Assembly (NCBI GenBank): GCA_965178125.1
Contig: OZ237748.1
Coordinates: forward strand, 806,001-870,000
DNA length: 64,000 nt
Source: Bilabrum cf. latius
Lineage: Eukaryota
Reading direction: 5' to 3'
Each line of letters starts with the position of its first letter. Within the stretch, counting starts at the first letter, position 1. Positions 38,679 through 49,967 of the stretch are shown here, piece by piece. The notes beneath the pieces were generated by a model. The model worked only from the letters and a program-made list of their open reading frames with translations. It searched no databases and was not told the origin of the DNA. Made by a program: the position numbers and the translations under genes.

Positions 38679-40548
38679 ATGGGAGATATCGCAGATTTTC
38701 TGCACATCGCGAGCACAAACGATGCTCCTGGACTTGCAAATTTGCTAGCGAGCGGGGCAGATCCGAACACGGTATGAGCTCACACTTGGAGATGATTGTA
38801 TGAATGGCTGCTCTTGATTTGCAGATCTATATATATATTCCCTACATTTCCGTTGGTATGCAGGTTCCAAACTTGGTGTGCTGGCTTGCATCTACCGGAC
38901 GAAGTCAGCTTCTGGAAATTGTTGTTGCGCACGGAGCCGATATTGAGGTTGAGCTCGAAAATATAGAGCTTCACATCAAAACATTGGATTGGACACACAC
39001 CACCAAAGAATCCCTTGTTGTAAGGAAGCGCGAATAGGGCAGTCTGTCACTTGTTCCTGGGAGTGACGATCAGCCTTTAAGTTGCCACGCCGCGCCACAG
39101 CAGAGCTACTCCAAGTTGATGTGGGGGTGCATTGGCCGTGATATATTTGTTTTAATTACGCATGTGTTAGCGAACTCTGCCGCAGAAGCGCACGTTTCCA
39201 CTTGCGGTCGCGGCCAACGAAGGACACGCGGATTGCTGCCGAGTGCTGCTGCGCTATGGTGCTCACGTTGACCAGCGAAACTCCGTGAGATCACGCATTC
39301 CCGCAAGCAGTTGAGCGATTATACAAGGGCATTATCGTTGAGCCGCGCGCCTATGTCACCACAGTCGTTCGGATACACCCCGTTGATCCGGGCTTGCGTG
39401 AACGGCCGCATGGAGTGCGCGTCTGTGCTGCTGGATGCAGGCGCCAATATTGAAGGGAAAAATACGGTGAGCGTTCTTAACTAGATTCTACGTGCTGTTC
39501 TGCTCCTGTGTCATACCAGGCAGTGCACACCTTCGCTACCAGGCAGTGCGCGGTGCGATTCAATGAGCGAGCAAATGACCAGCGCTGTGTCGAACCGGTG
39601 CCAAATCGCCTCGTCCTGTTGCGCTGACGCACTTCCAAAAGGCTAAATATAGTCTTACCGAGCATTATCACACATGTTTCGTGTATATCCTCGTTTATCG
39701 TAGGCAGGACGCACGCCCCTAATTAAGGCAGCGCACTACGATCGTCCGGAACTGTGCTAGTATCTAATTCAAAGGGGCGCAAAACTGGAGACGTGCGATA
39801 ACAACGGGAAAACTCCGCTGGTGTACGCCAGTAATGGTCGCTCTTTGGCGTCAGCGGTGGTACTTCTGGGTTCGGGAGCAGATGCTCGGGCAGGGGAATG
39901 GGTTTGGTTTCAAAACTACAATCGGGGCACCGTAAGTTTCCAAACAGATTCAAACGCTGATTGGCTCGCGGAACATTGCAGTGATCACTATGATTCAATC
40001 ATATAAATGCCTACCGCTGTACGATGCGCGCGTCCACCAGCCGCCAATCAAGGTATTAATGCTTGTGCTCCACCGACTTCATACCGATGCAGACTCGTGA
40101 GGTGTGGATAACTAGCTTGTAGCGACTCGCTCGAAGCTCGCCCGAGGTAGAGCCTGACCAAGTACAAGTCCTAGAAGATGCGCACAAGAGGGGTGGCAAT
40201 CGAGCGCTTATTCGCCTCATCTTGAGCTGGCTGGCAGCATCGGACCCAGGCAAGCTGGCAGTGGTGCAGCACTGGCACCCAGAAAGGAGCGACGCAGTCA
40301 TTCGCTGGAGGCAGGCAGTCGAGGCAAATAGGGACGCGCGGAGGGTGTTCAAAGCCGCAAGTGAAGGTAGACCCATGGAGCTGGCTAAGCGGCTGAGGCT
40401 GGGCAAACTTGCTGGCGGGCTGGAAATCAAGGGTGCTGTTGCTGGAGGCCCGAAAGGTCTCATGAGCCCCTTGGAAGCGGCCCGATTGGGAAGGCATGAT
40501 GAGTGCGCGAGGGTACTTGAGGAAGTGTTGGCAGGCAACAAGGGGTGA
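38679..40548 (+). CDS. Ankyrin-repeat protein with the shared C-terminal domain
   Basis: MGDIADFLHIASTNDAPGLANLLASGADPNT|, KRTFPLAVAANEGHADCCRVLLRYGA, GYTPLIRACVNGRMECASVLLDAGA, GRTPLIKAAHYDRPELC*YLIQRGA (TAG 39758-39760). Final exon ...GRPMELAKRLRLGKLAGGL...SPLEAARLGRHDEC ends in TGA. Confidence 0.8.
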
Positions 40549-42622
40549 GTTCAAGTGTGGGCACGATAGTTTACTTCCAATGTACACCCGTACCAGGCTA
40601 AGCCAAGATGGTCTGGCCTGACGAAGGCAATGCCGTATCCTCGGATCTGGGGTCAACCTTTCGTAATGAGCCGTACGTGAGACCCAACCGATCATGCTGG
40701 ACTAGTCCTCTATCGCTTTCGAGTAGACACATTTGTATAAAGCTACAAATGCGCGTATCCGGAATCCGGATCAATTCCACGAACAGCGAGAAGATCGACA
40801 AAAGATCCATATGGATATGGCTAGTGGGCTATACAGTCGGTCCCGTGCTCCACACCTTCCTAATCGTCCTATTCCGCGTCGTCATCCTCGTCTTTGTCGT
40901 TGCTAGGATCAGTCATTGAGCCATTATCGCATTCTGCCCAAGTCTTGGCGGTCCGCTCCAGCGCACGTTCATCACTGTCACCAAACCTGCTCACGCCCAC
41001 CCCGCCCACGGGGTTGAAACCCGAGCTACAAATTAATGACCTTGCCCCGCGAGGAGAAAGCCAAGCTGGTCGCATGACCTGGCTAGACGTGCGCTTACGG
41101 GTAACTACTTTACTTTCCCTCACTTATGACATGCTCCCGCACACTCTCGTTTGAACCCTTTGTGACACGGGCCATGGCCCTGTCCAACCCCTCCTACTAG
41201 AAGGCCTAGTGCGACAGTGCAACACTCACAGGTGCTCCGCTGCGCAGGAATCGCCCAGCTCTCTCAGTAGCTCATGTTCTCGCAGGTACCCAGTGAGCCC
41301 AGAACCAGGACATCCTCTTCTATGAACAGGTCCACCGGAGAAGGCAGCCGCGTGCATGGACCAGCCATCATCGAGGCACCCGGGCTTGTCGCCGGATCCA
41401 GCCCTGCTCTCTTTTTTCGGGTGCCTCGATGATGACACACGGGTACTGTGGCATGTACCACCCCATCTCACTGCCTGGATTGAAAATGCCTGCCCCCGGC
41501 CCCGCGGACCCACTGGGCTTCACCCCGAACGACTGGTTCTTCACCAGCCCACCTGAATGCGTTATTCATCTGACACTACGAATGTACACGCCACTTTCCC
41601 AATGCACCCGACTGGCCTCGTCACTACATGGCTTCTTGTTCCTGTTCCCCGCCCAAGGGACCGTGTGCTTTGCTCCCTGTATTGCCACCTTGGCCCTATC
41701 CTTTCAGCTTGCACGCGCCGGTCCTGGCCGACCTGCCGTGCGCCACATCTGTCCACCCACCTGTTGGCCTTCTGCGTGCTGCTGGCCATGCAGCCCGCTG
41801 CTACCCACGTCTCTCTCGTGCCTTGCACCTGGAGCCCCCTTCCTCCCGTTGTGCTCTCCCTGTTGACACCGCACTATCGTCGCCTGTGCCGGTGCCCCTC
41901 TCTTCTTCTCCGCCTCTTGTCCTCCTGCGCCCACCTCGTCTTCCGGCTCACCTATGCTCCCCATCGCTCTGATTCTAATGTCCGAGTAGAGTCTACATAC
42001 ATAACAGAAGTACAACTCGTGGTCCACGTAGAACACGCCACACCAGGCCCAAGTGCCTCACTGCTGATGCCGCGAATCGTCACCGTACCGCTCGCTGTCA
42101 CGACCAAGTAAGTTTAGTCCACCGAATTGTAAACCAGGAGGTATTGCCATCATTTCCTTGACGTACGGACGTCCAGGCCGTGGCTTTGCTCTCACTTAGG
42201 GCCTAGGCCAGTCGGCCCTGGCCGCCTCGTCGCTGCAACCGCCTCACTTTCGACGTAGAAATATTGAGGACCGCCATGTGCAGAGAGCTTTTGTCTTGCG
42301 ATATGTAACGAAAGCAAAAGCACGCAATCTGTCATAGAAATCTTGGGTATCCGTTCGCGCTGGGCAGCACAGACGTGATATGTGCACTCTTTGGGTGAAA
42401 CTAGAGAATAACGTGCGGTCGCACATGAGACCCAGAAGACAAACCACAATTAGGTTCAAGATCAAAAGCAGCCTGCATCGAGCCAGAGCCTTGGGGGGAA
42501 GCGCCCTGGGTGCATCGTCGTTTGGCCCGAGCCGTCGGGGGTGGCGGTATATTTACCTAACAATGCATTTCTGTATTTCTGTATTTTTCTCAGCCGCTCC
42601 ATACAGGACGCGCTCAGGCACA

Positions 42623-45600
42623 ATGCGAACGATGACGGCATGGAATGAGAGATCGCAAAGCAACATCTCCACGTTGGCGCCTGGCTGCGCGGTTCCTGGC
42701 AGCAAGGCAACTTGCGCGAGTCTGCTTTCCACGGCTTCGAGCGCTTCGACTGACTCTCCCCATGCCCCGCCCGTTCGCGGCTACAGGCTTCTTTCAGGTG
42801 TCAGTATTGCCTCATGTTTGTGTTTTCTGTAGCTGCGTGTTGCTGCAGCGAGTGCTGGCCACGTCAGAAACCTGACGGTGATTGAGACTCTTGGCGTTAA
42901 ATCACACCCAGACCTCAAAACAGAAGAGAGACTATTTGGGTGGCTGCGAGCCACCGTTGGGGATATCAATGGCGACGGGATCCCAGAATATGCCTTCGGA
43001 TCCAGGTTTAGTGAATCGAACAGAGGGAAGGTGTACATCGCGGCCAGGAACGCCCACATGCAGACGAGCTACGTCCGGGTGCTACGAGGCTCCAGCATTA
43101 GCGGGTGCGGTTCGTACTTCGGTTCCCCCAGCTATGCAGGAGACATTGATAATGACGGTGTGCCAGACCTACTAGCCAGCTGCAGCAGCAGCCTGCTGGT
43201 CCTCCTGATGAACAGAGACCTTTCCATAAAGAGTGCTCCACGCACGTCATTCTCTGGGACCTACTGCGGCCACTGGACAAGGTCAGCCGGAGATGTCAAC
43301 GGGGACGGGGTGCCAGACGCCATGATCGGCTGTGTCGGCAGCTACTATTTCTATGTTGCCCTGCTGCGCAGCACGGGCACCGTGTCATCCAGCACGAGGA
43401 TCACCACGACAAGTCTTGGCCTTTCATCATCGACCAGATTCTCCGAGGTTGTGCATCGTCTTGGCTCATACGGCGATAGCAGTGCTCAGTGGATTGCGAT
43501 TTCGGAACGTGGCAGGAGCGCCGTTCGAATTGTCAGGCTTTCAACAGACGGCACGCCAGATCGAACTTCACTTGTGACGCTCACCGCACCAGAGACACAC
43601 ACAGGGACCCCGCGGGATTTCGCAGAGAGAATGCAGCCAATCGGGGATGTCGATGGCGACGGCAATACCGATATACTATGCCACAAGACACTTTTCTTGC
43701 TCCGCGCCGACGGCAGCCCCAAGGATACCATAGGGCCGATCGCAGTCCACGCAGGAGATAGCGACCTCCCCCAGGATGTGGACGGTAACGGGCTCAACGA
43801 CATCTTCTTCCGTACCTCCGTGTCGCTACTAGGGTATCAGAAGGGTGGGTTCAATGATGTGGGCGGCGTGCGGCACGGCAGCATGGATCTGGTGAACAGC
43901 ACCGCGCAATGGACGACACTGGTACGTGCCAACACGACGTCGGACATTTCTGCAGCTGCAGTCGTCAACCGCACGATAACGCTGCGGCAGGCCGGTTGCG
44001 ACGAGTCTCTCGCATATGTGTCGCTCGGCAGGCTCCTAGGCAACGTGAGTTTCTCCTTCGACTACACTCTCACGACCACAGCGGGATACACGGGCGACTT
44101 CGATATCGCGCTGGTCTCCGGCGAAGGGTTAAACAGCTCGAGCAGGCTCGCCGGTGCGACGCTCAGCAGCACCGACGGCCAGACTCACGGAAATACGCAT
44201 GTTCTAGTCGCAGAGAGTGTAGGCGGCGAAGCAGAGGTGCGCTTGCTGGTGCGATCATGGACTGTGCAGGGGAATCCGTACGGGTGCCGGCCGCGACACC
44301 ACGTGTACTGGGGCGGCAGCCAGGACGCCTCCGAAGCTGGAGCGAGGTGCAGCACCGTGCCTACCTGTGGACCGGATGCAGGCTCGAAGACTGCCACGCT
44401 CGAGCTGTCATTCCCGTGGTGGGCGATGCAGTACAAACACCCCGTGCCAAGCTCCAGCCCAACCCCGTCACCAACTAGTTCAAGCTCCGTGACGCCAAGC
44501 ACATCGCCCTCTATAACGGCTACCCCGAGCTCCAGCGTCTCGGCCAGCCCCAGCAACAGCGTCTCGGCCAGCCCCAGTAACAGCCCCAGCAGCAGCCCCA
44601 CGCCCAGCGTCTCGGCCAGCCCCAGCTCCAGCGTCTCGGCCAGCCCCAGCAACAGCGTCTCGGCCAGCCCCAGCAACAGCGTCTCGGCCAGCCCCACGCC
44701 CAGCGTCTCGGCCAGCCCCAGCAACAGCCCCAGCAACAGCCCCACGCCCAGCGTCTCGGCCAGCCCCAGCAAGAGCGTCTCGGCCAGCCCCAGCAACAGC
44801 GTCTCGGCCAGCCCCAGCAACAGCCCCAGCAACAGCCCCACGCCCAGCGTCTCGGCCAGCCCCAGCAACAGCACCACGCCAAGCATCACGGCCAGCCCCA
44901 CGCCCAGCGTCTCGGCCAGCCCCAGCAACAGCACCACGGCCAGCCCCAGCAACAGCCCCACGACCAGCGTGTCTGCCTCCACGACGGCTACGCCAAGTCC
45001 TAGCACGTCGGGTGCTGTCATGAGTGAGCCAACGACCAATTGTCGGAGTGACCCGTGTGGTAGGGGAGTGTGCTTTGATGTCCCAGGGACGATGCCGCCG
45101 TACGTGTGCCACTGTGATGCTGGTTGGACCCGCGACGGCGCGGGGACGTGCTCGCAGCAGCTGCCGCTGAATCCATGCAAGGAGCAGGCATGCGGGAACG
45201 GTGAGTGCGTCGAGAACACGTGGGCGCCCGATGGATGGTACTGCAGATGTGGGAGCGGCTGGATGGTGGATGCCGAGACCGGCGAGTGCTCCGAACGGAC
45301 AACGCAATGCGAGAGAAATCGGTGCAGGAATGGAGGCCGGTGCGTCCCCGGAGCCACGACTGCTTGGGAGGATGTGTCGTGTGTGTGCCCCAAGGGGTTT
45401 TCGGGGGAGTGGTGCGAAGTCGTGGAGGCTACAGGACCGTGTCAGGAGTCGCCATGCGGAAGGGGTGTGTGTGTGGACGACTAGCGGGTAGCTCAGGGCT
45501 TCGAGTGCATCTGTGACGAAGGCTACATGCACGATGAGCAAGGTGCATGCAGCTACTTAGTCCCTGAGGAGGCGCCTGCATCCTGCCTCGACGGGACGAA

Positions 45601-46693
45601 GAACGGACTCGAGTCGGGTCTCGACTGCGGTGTGCCGGATGCTTCCAACCAGGATGAATGCGGCCTGTGCGGGGCAGGTTTCGGGTGCTACTCTGGGACA
45701 AACTGCTAGGAGGGGCTGGTGTGCCGGAAGCGGTTCATGACGTGCGGCCCGGACACGCGCCACGCCGGGCTGTACGTGGAGGTGCCGGGCATGTCCATAT
45801 CTGGCATTTCCCCGCACCAGTTCTGGGGGACTCTGCATGAAGTCTTCGTCGCGGGGCTGATGGAGAGCTCCGGCTGCGAAGAGGTGATCATCAACAGCGT
45901 GCATGACTTGACCTTGCCGGAGCAGAGGGCGAGCCGCCGGCTGTTCCGGTCTCTGCAGAGCGGTACAGACGGCACCTCCGGGGTAGGCATCAACTTCAGC
46001 CTTCGATTCCCGCCCACAGCGCAGCCTCTCGATGTGCAACAAGCCGTGGACGGGTACCTTCAAGGGGCGCCCGTGGACGGAGGCAACGGCTTGCTGCAGG
46101 ACATGCAGGCCGGGGTGCCCTTCCTCGCCTCGAGCATCGATGTGGAGGTAACCTCTGAGGGCATCGTGCTCCAGGTGCAGGCACGCGACGAGGAACTGGA
46201 ACTGGGAGAGGAGGCCCAGCCGTCGTCCGAGGTACCCATGGGCTAGGGGGAGGTGGACGATGACAGCGAGCGAGACGTGCCGCTCGCTGCTGCTGTAGCT
46301 GCGGGTGCCGCGGGTACCATATGCATAATTGCCATCGTTGCAGGGATCATCTGGCTCCAGGGTCAAGCACCGTCTCTGCAAAGCAACGAAAAGTCTGCCA
46401 GCGGTACGACTGACGTATTCACGGTGCCGCGGAATCCCCTGCGTTCCGCTGCTCTTGCTGATGGTACTGGTGCTGCAATGGGACCAAGTAGTGGTCCCGC
46501 ATTGGTCCACAAACAGTTAAGCGAGGAGAGTCCACGTGTGCTTGACAGGCTTGGCTTGTCCCCGGGAAAGGTGAGGATAGTCATCAACAGCAGTCGGCAT
46601 GCCTCCGACGACTAGGTTAGGTTGGCCGTTGGTGGTCAGAAGAAGGTTCGAAGACACAAGAACAAGCGCGGGCGAGGATCCAGGGCAGTGTGA
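42623..46693 (+). CDS. Type-I membrane protein: FG-GAP-like Ca-binding repeats, Ser/Pro/Thr mucin-like stalk, EGF-like repeats, transmembrane helix and basic cytoplasmic tail
   Basis: GDINGDG, GDIDNDG, GDVNGDG, GDVDGDG and DVDGNG motifs; (SVSASPSN)n; four EGF-like modules, the fourth split by TAG 45482 (CVDD*RVAQGFECICDEGY). Further TAG at 45707, 46244 and 46613. TM AAAVAAGAAGTICIIAIVAGIIWL; TGA 46691-46693. The start is tentative (it needs read-through of TAG 42830 or an intron). Confidence 0.82.
44521..44970 (+). repeat. Coding minisatellite (12/24-bp units) encoding the Ser/Pro-rich stalk
   Basis: Reiterated AGCGTCTCGGCCAGCCCCAGCAAC units, in frame. Confidence 0.9.
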
Positions 46694-47346
46694 GCCTCTG
46701 TTGCATGCCTACACGTGCAGACTAAGCGATCCTGCTCTATCGCGGGATTGCCTCAGGTCGTTCCTCATCATGGTCGTCTTTGTAATTCTCAGTAGACCCT
46801 ACTGATTTTGAGACCAAGTGACACGACAGGCGACTAGTAAAAAACGAGGGGGCTAGAGTGGAAGCACTGGGTGAGGGAGAGGGGTTGGTGGTATAGTCTG
46901 ATCCATCATTGTTATTACGAAACTGCTGCAATATGCGCGTGGTGGGCGTTGGAGGGGCACAGCTTCGGCCATTGCGTGCTTTAGAAACATAATCAGACCC
47001 CCCTAACAGGGCTTCTCCTCTAGCCCCTCCTCTGTCTCGTAACGTCTCCTTGTCCTCAGGATTGGTACCACCGATCAAGCTACATCACATCCGGATGGAA
47101 TGGAGGGCCCTCTCTGGAATCAAAAGCGGCTTTGGTTTGGTTCACAGCACGTAACATTATTTGCAGTCTATCTGTGAACAACGGCGGAACTTCACTCTTG
47201 GTGGGATCTATCACTGCGAGATTGTTTCGTCATGGTCTACAGTCCTCGCTACGATGCTTGGCTCTCAGGGCGGTGGCGTATTGCCACCTTTGTAGACACG
47301 CGTGTGTCTAGTGACCGACCTGGCTCTATCTCCAGGTCATGTGCTA

Positions 47347-49740
47347 GCAAATTCGAAGCCCCTACGTGGGCAGGAATTAGCTCGGGCGAATGCGACCATG
47401 CCCAGGCCAAGTCAGCGATGGCGGCCCAGAGCAAGAGCCGAAGCACACCACGGACGGCGCTGCCGTGAGCAACTACTGCGAAGCCCATATGCGGGCGAGG
47501 AGCAGCTCTAGCAAGTGCGAGCACGACCGGGCCAACTCACAGAGGGCGGCCCAGAGCAAGTGCCGAAGCACACCACGGACGGCGCTGCCGTGAGCAACTG
47601 CAAATTCGAAGCCCCTACGTGGGCAGGGATCAGCTCGGGCGAATGCGACCATGTCCAGGCCAAGTCAGCGATGGCGGCCCAGAGCAAGAGCCGAAGCACA
47701 CCACGGACGGCGCTGCCGTGAGCAACTACTGCGAAGCCCATATGCGGGCGTGGAGCAGCTCTAGCAAGTGCGAGCACGACCGGGCCAACTCACAGAGGGC
47801 GGCCCAAATCAAGTGCCGAAGCACACCGAAGACATCGCTGCCACGAGCAAATGTATATCCGAAGCCCAGACGTGGGCAGGGATCAGCTCGGGCAAATGCG
47901 ACCATGCCCAGGCCAAGTCAGCGATGGCGGCCCAGAGCAAGAGCCGAAGCACACCACGGACGGCGCTGCCGTGAGCAACTACTGCGAAGCCCATATGCGG
48001 GCGAGGAGCAGCTCTAGCAAGTGCGAGCACGACAGGGCCAACTCACAGAGGGTGGCGCAGAGCAAGAGCCGAAGCATACCATTGACGGCGCTGCCGTGAG
48101 CAACTACTGCGAAGCCCATATGCGGGCGTGGAGCAGCTCTAGCAAGTGCGAGCACGACCGGGCCAACTCACAGAGGGCGGCCCAGAGCAAGAGCCGAAGC
48201 ACACCACGAACGGCGCTGCCGTGAGCAACTACTGCGAAGCCCATATGCGGGCGTGGAGCAGCTCGAGCAAGTGCGAGCACGACCGGGCCAACTCACAGAG
48301 GGCGGCCCAGAGCAAGTGCCGAAGCACACCACGAACGGCGCTACCGTGGGCAACTGCTGCGAAGCCCATATGCGGGCGTGGAGCAGCTCTAGCAAGTGCG
48401 AGCACGACCGGGCCAACTCACAGAGGGCGGCCCAGAGCAAGTGCCGAAGCACACCGAAGACATCGCTGCCACGAGCAAATGTATATCCGAAGCCCAGACG
48501 TGGGCAGGGATCAGCTCGGGCAAATGCGACCATGCCCAGGCCAAGTCAGCGATGGCGGCACAGAGCAAGAGCCGAAGCACACCACGGACGGCGCTGCCGT
48601 GAGTAACTACTGCGAAGCCCATATGCGGGCGAAGAGCAGCTAGAGCAAGTGCGAGCACGACCGGGCCAACTCACAGAGGGCGGCCCAGAGCAAGTGCCGA
48701 AGCACACCACGAACGGCGCTACCGTGGGCAACTGCTGCGAAGCCCATATGCGGGCGTGGAGCAGCTCTAGCAAGTGCGAGCACGACCGGGCCAACTCACA
48801 GAGGGTGGCGCAGAGCAAGTGCCGAAGCACACCGAAGACATCGCTGCCACGAGCAAATGTATATTTGAAGCCCAGACGTGGGCAGGGATCAGCTCGGGCA
48901 AATGCGACCATGCCCAGGCCAAGTCAGCGATGGCGGCACAGAGCAAGAGCCGAAGCACACCACGGACGGCGCTGCCGTGAGTAACTACTGCGAAGCCCAT
49001 ATGCGGGCGAAGAGCAGCTAGAGCAAGTGCGAGCACGACCGGGCCAACTCACAGAGGGCGGCCCAGAGCAAGTGCCGAAGCACACCACGAACGGCGCTAC
49101 CGTGGGCAACTGCTGCGAAGCCCATATGCGGGCGTGGAGCAGCTCTAGCAAGTGCGAGCACGACCGGGCCAAATCACAGAGGGTGGCGCAGAGCAAGTGC
49201 CGAAGCACACCGAAGACATCGCTGCCACGAGCAAATTATCTGAAGCCCCTACGTGGGCAGGGATCAGCTCGGGCAATTGCGAATATTTTCGGGCCAAGTC
49301 AGCGATGGCGGACAAGAGGAAGCGGTTAAGCAAACCCCGGACGGCGCTGCCACGAGCAACTGCATCTCCGAAGCCCCTTCGTGGGCAGGGATCAGATCGG
49401 GCAAATGCGACCATGGCCAGGCCAACTGAGCGACGGCAGCCTAGAGCAAGTGGTTTAGTACACCACGGACGGCGCTTCCACGAGCAACTGCAACTTCGAA
49501 GCCCCTACGTGGGCAGGAATTAGCTCGGGCAATTGCGAATATTTTCGGGCCAAGTCAGCGATGGCGCACAAGAGGAAGCGGTTAAGCACACCACGGACGG
49601 CGCTGCCATGAGCAACTACATCTCCGTAGCCCAGACGTGGGCAGGGATCAGCTCGGGCAAATGCGATCATGGCCAGGCCAACTGAGCCATAGCGGACAAG
49701 AGCAAGTGCCGAAGCACACCGAAGACGGCGCTGCCACGAG
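47347..49740. repeat. Satellite array 1: ~19 units of 125-128 bp with 253- and 378-bp higher-order periodicity
   Basis: Recurrent GCCGAAGCACACC..GGCGCTGCC. Equivalent positions at 47515/47768/48021 (253 bp) and 48396/48774/49152 (378 bp). Confidence 0.95.
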
Positions 49741-49967
49741 GATCTTTTGAGCGATGCTTCTTCATCCGCTTCACCAGAGATGATGATAATTTAGCGGCAG
49801 TATCGGGGAATGAGCATAGGCAAAACTCAACAGCCCCAACGAATTCGGGATCAACCATGTCGACCTGAGTCAGTGACGTCGCGACCGTGACGTCGCGACC
49901 ACAGATATGCTCTGATTTAGCTTGTAGTGAGTACTTTTAACATTGTGACGAAAGTACGATGACAAGG

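Noticed and set aside
12072-39760. UAG rescued by A-to-I editing (to Trp) or decoded as pyrrolysine
   Set aside because: TAG positions align with Gln, Glu or other polar residues and never with conserved Trp. No pyl genes are present and the genome is eukaryotic.
41161-42102. Possible solo LTR (TGTGAC...GTCACG)
   Set aside because: The terminal match is imperfect, with no target-site duplication, PBS/PPT or second copy in the window.
44185-45541. Long antisense and alternate-frame ORFs over the membrane-protein gene (and similar ones over cullin, kynureninase and the SprT genes)
   Set aside because: Shadows of GC-rich, repetitive coding sequence with no domain motifs of their own.
3285-46693. 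Genes with internal TAG as pseudogenes, RIP or methylation-driven CAG>TAG decay, or sequencing errors
   Set aside because: Decay should also produce TAA, TGA and frameshifts. None were found in thousands of codons, and catalytic and structural motifs downstream of the TAGs are intact.
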